The translations under genes and the position numbers were made by a program. From Lingula anatina (lineage: Eukaryota; Animalia; Brachiopoda), in contig CM120646.1 of NCBI GenBank assembly GCA_051362555.1, positions 22,940,001-23,004,000 of the forward strand: a DNA stretch of 64,000 nucleotides. The letters are read 5' to 3'. Under the pieces are notes generated by a model that was not told where the DNA came from, ran no database searches, and saw nothing but the letters and a program-made list of their open reading frames with translations. Below, piece by piece: positions 52,237 to 64,000 of the stretch (position 1 is the first letter of the stretch; every line of letters starts with the position of its first letter).

Positions 52237-54062
52237 CGGTAATGTGCCAAGCATTTCGACGGGCCCAGTCAATCCGACCACAAAAATTATTTTATAAAAT
52301 TAATTTTTCTGGACTCAAACAATTAGTCCATACGTCAAAATCATGGGACAGAATTTTTTTTCTTGTTCCGATTGTTCGACCACATCGTCGACAAGACTCG
52401 GTAAATTTTCAAGCCAGTGAAATAGATGCTGCATGCCTCGGCCCTTTGTCAATTGTTGTCCTTTCAATAGCTCTCGTCAATGAGGAAGAAACAATTAATT
52501 GAAGATCTAATCTGGAAGCATGACGTACCTGTCTTTTCCTTTGTCCCCGATGACAATAATAGTGCTTATAGACATACAAATTTTGCTATTAAGCAGACTT
52601 GCCCTCGCTGACTGATTCATCACGCCCGTAACTGGGGCGGGGGGGGGGGGGGGGGGGGTAAAAAAAAGGTCTATTCTGGATGAAACCAAATATCGACAGT
52701 GGGTAAAATACGTCGTAAACACCTTCATATAGACCATATATCGCGTTTGCTAGCAATAAAAAAGTTTGGGAAGAATAAGCAATTTATTTTCAAGTTCGAT
52801 TGAAATATATATGCAGATGGGGAAACGTTCTTGAAGTCAACACAGCAAGATCTTACATTTACTACAATCGACCGAAAGATCAGCGGGATCGACCGCCCAG
52901 ACTTCTTGGCGCCAAATACCACGCGCTGTCAAAATCTGATGAACACGTGTCGCTGTTCACCTACATGGATAACTGATTTGTCAACAATAAAAATGACGTC
53001 TTCCTTAACTCCATGGGAGCTTCATAGAGAGTTCCACTGGGCATTTACGTTACCTGTGAGTCACTTTCTATTTCCCTAGATGCATGAAATGTTGATAATA
53101 TTTAGCGTAATCCACGACGAACTCCATTCCTGTGACCCCTCCCCCAAAATGGGACCGTCTTCATTAACATGTGGTTTGCGCTATGCTGGAACAGACCAGA
53201 TAAAACCAGTCTCTCATTTCTGCATGTGCTCAATTCTCACGTCAAATTATAAATGCACCTGTTTTGTGAAAATTATGGCAAGTAAATGCTTTTTTTACGT
53301 TCGGGTTGTATCAGTGGGGTTTTCAATATGCACCGTGGTTTGTGCACAGCGAGAGTATATAAGTAAGAAAATCGGAAGAATGCCAGCAAAATACTGTATG
53401 TCTATCGGCACAGGTACGCTCCGTATTTTGCCTTTACTCAATATGTTTTTATATGACATGCTTTTTAAATAAAATACTTAATAGTAATTTGAAGTTACAC
53501 TGATTTCCGTTTGAGTACCAGTTGGTATTCTTTGGTACGGGTGATTGAATTTTCTTGGAAGTACGTACGTCTACGCCTCGACGCTGAGCAAGCCTTGCGG
53601 GTTGAAAACAACTGATCTCAGACTGGTAAAAAATATCAATTCGGTTGATTTCAGTTGTCATATTAAAATTCAAATAGGGCGTACGTAGATCACATAACTA
53701 GTTAAAGTCCACTTAAGCGCATCATGAAAGTGATCGTAGGTGAGGGAAATGTATAATTAAAAATTATAATTGTCGTCTTTTTTAATGTTAAGTAATGTAA
53801 GCACATATTGTACACAGCAAAATAAGTTTTCAGGAGGATAAAACATGCCTGAAACACATGTTAGGCGAAAATTGCGGCTTATCTTGCGTAACACTTCCGG
53901 TAAAATGCAATACTTCCGGAAAGATGGACGTTTTGGCAGATGCCCCTAACAATCCGACGATATCAAAGGTTTCCATTTGCTGTATTTTAATCAATTCGAC
54001 CAAACTGACATTTCCATGAAATTAATTAATTAATCTTGGTCGAATTGTTTGGCATATTACCG
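52237..54062 (+). mobile_element. Non-autonomous TA-flanked DNA transposon (Tc1/mariner-type), copy E1, 1826 bp
   Basis: Imperfect TIRs CGGTAATGTGCCAAGCATTTCGAC / GTCGAATTGTTTGGCATATTACCG, with TA on both sides (52235-6, 54063-4). No transposase ORF. Confidence 0.75.
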
Positions 54063-54208
54063 TAACTGCTCAGGTACTGCCAATTGGCAGGTCCAGTCTA
54101 AGTCCGCTTGACAGCAATCAAGACAGTTAATTGCTATGGCCTTAATCACGTGGCTAGTTTCAGCAGATAGCGGAGCCTTAGACGGGTTGCGTAACGAGCA
54201 GTTATTTT

Positions 54209-56471
54209 TCAATTCAATTCAATTCAATTTATTTCTGTACTGGTACATAGATTGTCATGACCTTGTACAATATGATATACAAATGACGATACAATACAGT
54301 TAGTGCATTACCATCTTTTTATATAATGAAGATTAGTACTAGTAAAATTACTCATAAAATATTTTATCTAAGCAATGAGATAAACCTGATTATAAATTTA
54401 CCATAAACATACTATAAACATGTTACACAAAAAGAATATGTTTTTAAAAAACTTAAAACCACCGTTACATAGCTGTTTACATGGCTGTTCAAGGCCAGTT
54501 TGATGACATTGATAATTACGATTAATGACAATTACATAAGACAGATAAGTAAATAAGTTACACAGATATAAATACTGTGCCATGTTCAGTCCCACTGCCG
54601 AGTCACTTCTCACAACAGTGGGACCATACACTGACATTTTAAGGGATATGCTAAGAGTTACCAAGCAGAGCAACCATTTCACTTCTTTTCTTGAATGATT
54701 TGATTATAAAGTTGGAGAGGGACACCAAAGTATCTTTGTTGGCACTGTTAAATACATGGCATAATTGACTGTCTGGTGACCTTGAATCAGCTTTTAGGAA
54801 TGAGGATTTACTGAAAAAGGTGACTCGGTCTGTTTTGTACATTGGGCATTGGAATATAAAATGGTATTCATCCTCAATTACCCCTTGTGTGCACAGGCGA
54901 CAGATTCTGTCGCACCTTTCAGTTTTTGGCCTGGTGTGCCGCCCAGTTTCGATGTGGAGTTTATGGTCACTAAGACGTAGTTTAGCAAGGGTTGACAAGG
55001 TGTCGTAATTTGTTATTTTATCAACATAAGTTGCCCTTTCACACTTTTAGTGAAGTATACGGAAGAGAGATAATTTACTGTTGGCTTGAAGTTTGCTATT
55101 GCATATTTGGGTAAAGTGGTCAGTTTGTCTTTGTTTGAAAATTGTGGTGAAGTTTTTTGGAGGTGACTGGCTAAGCCACACATCACCAAGGCCAAATGTG
55201 AAAAGGATTTTTCGGATACCCTCAGACCATGACATACAAGCTGGTCTGAGTGTGTGGACTGCGGGTGGGACATAGGGTGTCAGCAATTTGTAACTATTTA
55301 TCTCTTGTATGTATGCTTGTTTCATTATATATAGTGTAGCATCAGACATTTGAATAATTTTACACCATAGTTTGACAGATGCAAACTGTATTTTTGCATA
55401 GAGGGGAAGGCGGCCAAGTTCAGTGTATACACCATAGTTTGATACGTTTTGATGGAGGCCAAGGATTTGTTTGCAAAATTTTAGGTGCAACTTTTCTGTA
55501 GGGCAGTTATCCGTTGACACCGAGTAGCCCCATATCTCTGAGCAATATGTAAGGATTGGGGAAATGAGGGTATCAAATAATTTCTCTTTTAAGGATGTGT
55601 TAACATTACTCTGAAGTGGAAGAGACTTGGACAGACTGAAGAATGCCTTTGTAGCACGTTGTAGGAGATTATTTTTGGTTTCTGTTAAGTTTCCTGATCG
55701 ATTTAGAAGGAGACCTAGATACATGTATTTGTTGACCTCTTGGATTGGTTTTCCATACAGAAAAAATTTTTCACTGTGAGCTTTTAATTTTGAGTTGAAA
55801 ATAACTATTTTAGTTTTGGTGACATTTACAGTCAGTCTCCACTTGTTACAGAAATTTTCTACTATTTCCAAACTTTGCCTTAGCCCATTGGGGGTCTTGG
55901 ACATAAGGATGAGGTCATCAGCATAAAGTAAACCTTGTATTGGTATTCCATTTATATCTGGACTTGCAGCACTTTCGCCATCAATTGATCTAAGAAGGTC
56001 ATCAATAAAAATATTAAAAAGAAATGGGCTCAATGTGTCACCTTTGTTTTACACCTAGTGTTGTATTAAAGGCTGGGGAGATACCACTACTTGTCTTAAC
56101 ACATGCTTGGGAGTTTTCATACATGCTTTTAATGTTTTTGTACATAAGTCCTCTTATTCCTAGAGTACTTAGCTTGAACAATAGTCCATTCCTCCAAACA
56201 CTATCGAATGCTTTTGAAAAGTCGATGAAACATGTGTATAATTTTTTCTTTCCTTTCATAAATTTTGTAATAATGGACTTAAATATAAAGATATTATCTG
56301 AAGTACCATGACCATGTTTAAACCCAGTTTGATGAGGTAGGGGTACCCCTTGTTGGGATGCGTGTGCTTGAATTCTGTTTAACAGGACCGAGTTGTACAG
56401 CTTTCCGAGGCAGCTTGTAATAGATATTCCCCTGTAGTTGTTAACATTTGATTCATCACCAGATTTGTGGA
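54209..56471 (-). mobile_element. Non-LTR retrotransposon (LINE; RTE-X/CR1-L2-like) 3' part with frameshifted reverse transcriptase
   Basis: ORFs 56487-56038 (IHKSGD..NYRGISI..FIDFSKAFDSV..GVKQ), 56033-55047 (SPFLFNIFIDDL..LLYADD..YLG) and 54998-54651 (LHIETGRH..RICRLC..EDEYHFIFQC). The 3' end has AATAAA plus an (ATTGA)n tail near 54209-54235. The clade call is tentative. Confidence 0.9.
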
Positions 56472-56473
56472 TA

Positions 56474-58354
56474 CGGTAATATGCCAAACAATTCGACCAA
56501 GATTAATTAATTAATTTCATGGAAATGTCAGTTTGGTCGAATTGATTAAAATACAGCAAATGGAAACCTTTGATATCGTCGGATTGTTAGGGGCATCTGC
56601 CAAAACGTCCATCTTTCCGGAAGTATTGCATTTTACCGGAAGTGTTACGCAAGATAAGCCGCAATTTTCGCCTAACATGTGTTTCAGGCATGTTTTATCC
56701 TCCTGAAAACTTATTTTGCTGTGTACAATATGTGCTTACATTACTTAACATTAAAAAAGACGACAATTATAATTTTTAATTATACATTTCCCTCACCTAC
56801 GATCACTTTCATGATGCGCTTCACAAGTTGGACGAGTATTTCCCCGGAGACAGGTGTTGTAAACAAAGGCCGGTAGCTTAAGTGGACTTTAACTAGTTAT
56901 GTGATCTACGTACGCCCTATTTGAATTTTAATATGACAACTGAAATCAACCGAATTGATATTTTTTACCAGTCTGAGATCAGTTGTTTTCAACCCGCAAG
57001 GCTTGCTCAGCGTCGAGGCGTAGACGTACGTACTTCCAAGAAAATTCAATCACCCGTACCAAAGAATACCAACTGGTACTCAAACGGAAATCAGTGTAAC
57101 TTCAAATTACTATTAAGTATTTTATTTAAAAAGCATGTCATATAAAAACATATTGAGTAAAGGCAAAATACGGAGCGTACCTGTGCCGATAGACATACAG
57201 TATTTTGCTGGCATTCTTCCGATTTTCTTACTTATATACTCTCGCTGTGCACAAACCACGGTGCATATTGAAAACCCCACTGATACAACCCGAACGTAAA
57301 AAAAGCATTTACTTGCCATAATTTTCACAAAACAGGTGCATTTATAATTTGACGTGAGAATTGAGCACATGCAGAAATGAGAGACTGGTTTTATCTGGTC
57401 TGTTCCAGCATAGCGCAAACCACATGTTAATGAAGACGGTCCCATTTTGGGGGAGGGGTCACAGGAATGGAGTTCGTCGTGGATTACGCTAAATATTATC
57501 AACATTTCATGCATCTAGGGAAATAGAAAGTGACTCACAGGTAACGTAAATGCCCAGTGGAACTCTCTATGAAGCTCCCATGGAGTTAAGGAAGACGTCA
57601 TTTTTATTGTTGACAAATCAGTTATCCATGTAGGTGAACAGCGACACGTGTTCATCAGATTTTGACAGCGCGTGGTATTTGGCGCCAAGAAGTCTGGGCG
57701 GTCGATCCCGCTGATCTTTCGGTCGATTGTAGTAAATGTAAGATCTTGCTGTGTTGACTTCAAGAACGTTTCCCCATCTGCATATATATTTCAATCGAAC
57801 TTGAAAATAAATTGCTTATTCTTCCCAAACTTTTTTATTGCTAGCAAACGCGATATATGGTCTATATGAAGGTGTTTACGACGTATTTTACCCACTGTCG
57901 ATATTTGGTTTCATCCAGAATAGACCTTTTTTTTACCCCCCCCCCCCCCCCCGCCCCAGTTACGGGCGTGATGAATCAGTCAGCGAGGGCAAGTCTGCTT
58001 AATAGCAAAATTTGTATGTCTATAAGCACTATTATTGTCATCGGGGACAAAGGAAAAGACAGGTACGTCATGCTTCCAGATTAGATCTTCAATTAATTGT
58101 TTCTTCCTCATTGACGAGAGCTATTGAAAGGACAACAATTGACAAAGGGCCGAGGCATGCAGCATCTATTTCACTGGCTTGAAAATTTACCGAGTCTTGT
58201 CGACGATGTGGTCGAACAATCGGAACAAGAAAAAAAATTCTGTCCCATGATTTTGACGTATGGACTAATTGTTTGAGTCCAGAAAAATTAATTTTATAAA
58301 ATAATTTTTGTGGTCGGATTGACTGGGCCCGTCGAAATGCTTGGCACATTACCG
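56474..58354 (-). mobile_element. Same TA-flanked DNA transposon, copy E2, inverted, 1881 bp
   Basis: Near-identical reverse complement of 52237-54062 (the ORF-track translations are identical or nearly so). It differs by a 58-bp indel (56822-56879) and poly-C length. TA at 56472-3 and 58355-6. Confidence 0.8.
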
Positions 58355-59288
58355 TATGCAAACAATTACCAGCCATGTAATCAGCCTTGAGATTCTATTA
58401 CAGGGTGACATCAGACCAAAATGACTGTCTAGATCTGTCCATTTATATAGAGACATACCTGTGAATATCTGTGGAAAATCAATCTGTCGCCCTGGTAGAG
58501 GGTATATATATAGATCTATACCATTTCCAATAGATTGTGCTAATTACCAGACAGTACAGTCACTTTGCAATCCAAAGCATGCATGCTCTCTATAATGAGA
58601 AGATTTAAAGGGGTCCTTTGGGTCAGTCTGAGCCAACTCCCATGGTCAGTGAATAGCCAACACTTCATAGGAAATTACGTATCTTGAAAAATAAGTACCA
58701 TGCATGGAACTTTTGACAGTCAAAATGGTTTTTATGAGCGCATTCAGAACACTGGACTGATTGACCCCTGGATCAAATATGGCCACTGACTTAAAAACTT
58801 GCCGCTTAATTCACGATTAGACACTGGATAGATTCCCCTCAGAGATTACTTAATTAACAAGCATGCAAGTGGGTCGGCCATATTTGATCTGTGGATCTGT
58901 TAGTTCGCTGTTCTGAATACTCTCTTTTAACGCTCCTTGCTAAAAATAAAACTGCTATTTGGTTGCTATGTGTCACAAATAACAGCGCTACTCCCGCCCT
59001 TGAGTGGATATTTTAAACTCGTTTTGGCAGACTGAATATTTTGCTTTCAAATATGAGTATATATTCACTCTGATATACATGTATCTCATGATATACCTCG
59101 ACCAGGGCAACAGATTGATTTTTCACAGATGTTTCGAGATAAACAGACAGTCATTTGGCTCTGTGTGGATTTTCCCGTTTTTCTTTATATAATCTGCCAC
59201 CCTGGTATAGAGGGTATACTCATGATATTGGGCAAAGCTACAATGTCTACTGATGACCGAATGAGACCACATGTATTTGAAATATTCT

Positions 59289-61911
59289 TCAACATTTTTC
59301 TTCCGCATTGTACTTGTCGATGTCCTCGTACAGTTTTTCCTCAAACTTTCCCAGAGTAAGAACATCGCTGTCTGAGGCCAGGAGGACATCCAAGGAATTA
59401 ACGATGTCTTTAAATGTTGAACGTGCACTTGGGACCTCTTCCCAGCAGGACGACATGATGATGTACCTGGAGTGAGAAGTAACACACAGGGAGTCGGACT
59501 ATAAGTAATTGAGACATTATTGCTCATGATTCAGTAAAATTAAACTTGCCAAGCATTACAATTTGTAATACACATACATATTTATATATCAAAATTAACA
59601 TTGTATACTTACATGCCCAGTGAACAGTGTGGTGGTTGTGGCATCCGGTATCCTTCAGTTATAGCTTCCATCACCTGCTTGGCTGACATACCAGGATAGG
59701 GACTGGAACCTAACCAATATGAGCACCAGTGAGAATTGTACTCATGTAAAATACTGCAAAAATTGTCACTAATAAATAAAAGAAACTATACTTAGCAATC
59801 TGATCAAGATTACTGAAGATACACATTGTGTGAATGAAAATTCAGTGCCAAATATTACACAAATAATAATAATGATAATATTAATATTCAGACAGATAAT
59901 AATTATCATAACATTTATTATTTACTTATTCATTTACTGTTTGCACCACATTCCTGGGATACAGAAGATATTTATTGAAAGGATACAAGATATTGAATAA
60001 CAATCTGTAATTCTCAAAATTAAAATACAACAGTCATACATGGCATCAGAAAAGCACAATAACCCCTTGAACAATAGAACACAAGTGATCACAGTTTCAC
60101 AATGCTTGTATGCTAAACCTTCTTTCAATATAATAACACGTACTTTCCAAGACTTTTATGAGCTTCACCATCTGGCAATCTTACCCAGTGTGACAATCTC
60201 CCAGAGCAAGACGCCATACGCCCAGACATCAGACTGCGTGGTATACATGTTGTCAAACAGAGCTTCTGGGGACATCCAGCGAATTGGCAAGCGTCCCTGT
60301 GAAAGAAAAACATAAAACGTACCTTATATCTGTCAAGTGGTTATTGCAATTGTCATTTGATAACACCTGTCTATTTACACATCCTTACAATGCATTAAAA
60401 AATATGCAGCTATACTTTAATTGGCAAACACTAAATATATGCTGCTTAAAATTGTACATCCCCTGGGGTTGATTGAGGCCATCTTCTGGGTCTTCCGGAA
60501 TCATGTAAATCACGAGCAGTAACACTTCTTGAAGTCTGCTAGTACTGATAATGGATAAAATAACTATCCAAGATTGCTAATGCTAAGTTTCAGGTCAGAA
60601 TGCAAAGTAAATATATTTTGGTTTTTATGTACAAAAGCATTTACTAACCTGCGATTGTTTTTCGTAAGTGTGGGTTTTGATGACATCCTTTGCAAAGCCA
60701 AAGTCCGAAATCTTGCAGGTCCTATCTTCAGCTACCAAAATGTTTCGTGCAGCAAGGTCTCGGTGGAGAATCTACAATGTAAATATTGAGATTGTTGATC
60801 TCACAGTGTAATGAAAATAATAGCACATCTTATTTTCTTTTAAAGTTTATTAGAAAGTGATCTTTACTGACTATGAGGCAAAAAATGGTAATATAGAAAA
60901 TGGACAAAATAAGCAATAAGAAGGAATTATCTGCTTTCATAAGACAATTGTTTATCCTAGCTTACCGCCATTGATGAAAGATATGACATTCCATTAGCCA
61001 CATCTAATGCAAACTTTATCAGATCATGTGGTGTCAAGGAGGAGCTGATCCCATGTAAATTCCCATAACGCACTTCCCGTTTTGAACGGTCATTTCGTAG
61101 GTAGTCCTGGAGATTTCCATTTGGAAGGTACTCGACAATAATCAATGGCACAGCTAAAATAAATCACTTCAATTTATCTTCAAAGAATTTGTCAATTTAC
61201 TTTAAGGTTGGAAGTTTACCATTTATATACAGGTGTTCCAAAGGAAGCTATTGAAATTGCAAAAAAAAAGCAGAAAAAATTCTGAAGTAAACGGGTTCAT
61301 ACTCAGTACTTTACTTTTATGGTGCGTATTCTTCACCACTGACGTGATTATTATTAACGCAGTTATATGAATTCAGTGCTTCATTAACAGTGATTTGAAA
61401 ATTTATAAGATTTGTTTTAAATAACATGTCTACATACCATCATCTCGAGTGCAGGATCCTAAAAGCTGAACCACGTTTGGGTGAGTTTGGAGTTTCAACA
61501 TCACTTTCAGTTCTTTCATCATCTCACTGCAGAGGGATGTGTCACTTGTATCTACAAATATAAGTTTATCTTATTGAAGAACATGCTGAAATCATCTGAC
61601 TTTTAATGGACTGAAGTATCATATCGCAACTATTGTTGAAATCAATATTTACCCTTTGCAGTTTTAACAGCAGCAATGCTCCAATTGTATTTTCCATCTA
61701 GATTGAAAATGTTGCCCCTAAAGACTTGGCTAAAAGCCCCGCTTCCTATCTTTTCCATCAACTTGATATTCTGTCTTCTTATCTCCACATCTCTCTCCAG
61801 AATCTCTGCATACAGTGGCTCTTCCATCGGCTTAAACTTTAAGATTAAATTCATATAAATATCAACATCAATACAAGGCATCCAGATGAGACTGGGGGTC
61901 TCAAACAAACT

Positions 61912-61962
<51 letters not shown>

Positions 61963-64000
61963 TCAGAAAAAGTTTAGAACTGGGTAAAATTTGATCTAGA
62001 AACAAAAAGGCTTAATGGCAAAAGGTGTATTATTTAGGAAAAGACCACCCCCACTCTGAAATGGCAGGCTACGGACCTGAATCATAATTTCCACAACCTC
62101 TTATACAGCATTACATGACATTATGTAACATTACCTTTTGTTGCTCTGTGCTAAGGTTGGTGTTGACAGGCCTCTCGTATGCCTCCTCATTACAACTTAT
62201 CTACAAAAGCAGGAAAACAAGCATTAATACTTTTTTAAACAGATTTATTTCTACAATAATGATATATACAAAATAAATAAATTCAGAGCAGGCGGCATGT
62301 CGCCACATCATAATGTGCTAGCTGCGGTATTATAATAAATTGTAAATAAATAGATTAACTATAATTATATAAAGTAAATAATAATGCATTATTTTAAATT
62401 AAAGTAAATAAATGAGTTAAATATGATAATATAGAAGTAATAATAATAATTGTGATAACACGATTAGTACGCATATAAATATTGGTGACAGCAACAAGGA
62501 AGGGGGCCTAGGCACGGGGAGATGTATGCGGGAAGTGATGGACTAGCTGATCAGGAGAGGGAGACGGGTGGGTGGACTTGTCAAAGCATTTAAACATTAT
62601 CAATTAAAAATGTCGAAACAATGTCAAAGACTTAATACTTCATTAATACTTCATAATTAAGGACATTGTAACCCTTTATTATCATCCAATTACCAAAAAT
62701 GAGTTTTTTTCCTGCATCTAATTATTCAATAATGCAGCTATCTTTGTGCTAATTTAAACAATGAAAAAAACCCTCAAAATATAAAATATCAGCGTTTATA
62801 TTTTTTTCGTTGCAATGTATAAGCACAGGCAACTCAAAACTTTAATCATTAATTTAACACCTTCCTATTTTGAGGTGAGATAGCAATTGGTATGGGGCAT
62901 AACTTCATCCCTGATTTTCATTATAAACAAAGGCATTATTTTGCTTTATCAAAGATAAAATCTGAACTAAGACTTTTAAGAAAACATTATCACTGGCAGG
63001 GTTTTGGAGTACTAAATGGTGTCATTAAATTGGAGCTGAAATGGTGACCGTGGGTGCTCAGGTAAAAGAGAAATTTGAGAAACTGATTTTTCAGTTTTTT
63101 TACCCTAAAATCACAACAATGACTTCACCCATAAGATGACATATAAGTAATTGTTAAATAATCTAGTCACTGAACACTGAAGATCTATTACTCAAAAGAA
63201 TGTAAGGCAAAAATAAGAAGTTTTGGTCGAAGGGTGACAATATCCTTAACATTTCATTCTTTTAAAATTACAATCACATGACATTATATAATATTCATAC
63301 TACACTATTTCACCTGTAAATGGTTAATTTCAGTTTATTTCAAAGATAAAAGTAATAGCTGTTATCACATGCAACCCATTACAAAGGGACTGTACTATAT
63401 ACTACAGTATACTGTAATTCACAGACTTTATGACCAATCTTTAATCCAAACCCTGCATTTTTGAGTATGACATTCACCTCTCCACTCAGAAAACTCTGAA
63501 GCTCACTGTCTTCAACTTCATCCTCTGCGTTGTTTTCTTGCGACACTACAATGAAAAAACGGATGGGCTTTACACACATGCATCTTCAAATGGGGGGGAG
63601 GGGGGATCATGGAAAATTTGGGAGCAAGTTTTATGAGCAAAACATAATAGGAGGAAATGAAACAGCTTAAATGTTTAAATTACAGAAATAAATCTGAAAA
63701 GTTTGTCACTTCAAAAATTAATTAATATTTTGAAATGCATAAATCGGACATAGTCATATTGGGTGAAAAACTTTTGAAAATTATTGAGAGGTCCATTCTC
63801 AAGTTTGAGATTTTCAAAGTGAAAAAATGTACTTTTGTTTTCCAATAAAATTTTCAAAACCAACAAAATTTTCAAATTTTTACAATAACAGGGGTATATC
63901 CATTATAAAGTGTATAATGAGATTTAATTATCAGTTGATTTTAATCTAATTTATTTATCTGGATTCAAAATTACTTTAACCTTTTTCGCCAACTCTTGTT
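59289..64000 (-). CDS. Gene D (5'-partial): second receptor tyrosine kinase, close paralogue of gene B
   Basis: Exons >64000-63981 (end of TM exon, TRVGEK), 63545-63478, 62200-62135, 61836-61653, 61551-61438, 61153-60966, 60771-60649, 60296-60185, 59709-59613 and 59466-59289. Kinase exon lengths match B exactly and the introns are homologous. [11 protein letters not shown] and LPIRWMSPE are intact; the protein ends [15 protein letters not shown]. Confidence 0.9.
62233..62631 (-). mobile_element. Probable 5'-truncated retroposed insertion
   Basis: Flanked by the direct repeat TTAATACTT (62224-32, 62632-40). The minus-strand end has AATAAA followed by an A-run. Absent from the B intron. Confidence 0.45.
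62661..63245. mobile_element. TTAA-flanked non-autonomous DNA transposon (Kolobok-like), 585 bp
   Basis: TTAA-GGACATTGTAACCCTT...AAGGGTGACAATATCC-TTAA; absent from the homologous B intron. Confidence 0.7.

Noticed and set aside
52507-58376. Pairs of identical short ORFs on opposite strands
   Set aside because: The identity comes from the two recent inverted transposon copies; there are no transposase or other protein motifs.

Overview
AT-rich, intron-containing animal DNA, probably from a marine invertebrate (possibly a mollusc; the taxon cannot be fixed from sequence). The window holds four paralogues of an immunoglobulin-superfamily receptor family. A, B and C share the ectodomain signal peptide / V-type Ig / C2-like Ig / I-like Ig; D's ectodomain lies beyond the window. 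Their C-termini differ. Gene A (minus, 24470 to at least 9260) has a TM helix and a kinase-less tail built from Tyr-bearing micro-exons. Gene B (minus, 36436-28063, about 789 aa) is a complete receptor tyrosine kinase with a Cad96Ca/Stitcher (RET/FGFR-related)-like kinase. Gene C (plus, 38668-43617) is an inverted copy that stops before the TM exon, so it is either secreted or truncated. Gene D (minus, >64000-59289) is a second RTK. The V domains differ strongly on one face (A vs B about 72% identical), whereas Ig2 and Ig3 are 96-98% identical despite unrelated introns, which suggests a diversified paired-receptor recognition system. The interval 43.9-58.4 kb is a transposon nest: Helentron-associated-like repeats, an Academ-like element, and a LINE split and inverted between two opposed TA-flanked DNA transposon copies. 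All gene models were spliced by hand from GT/AG signals and reading-frame phase; no database search was run.
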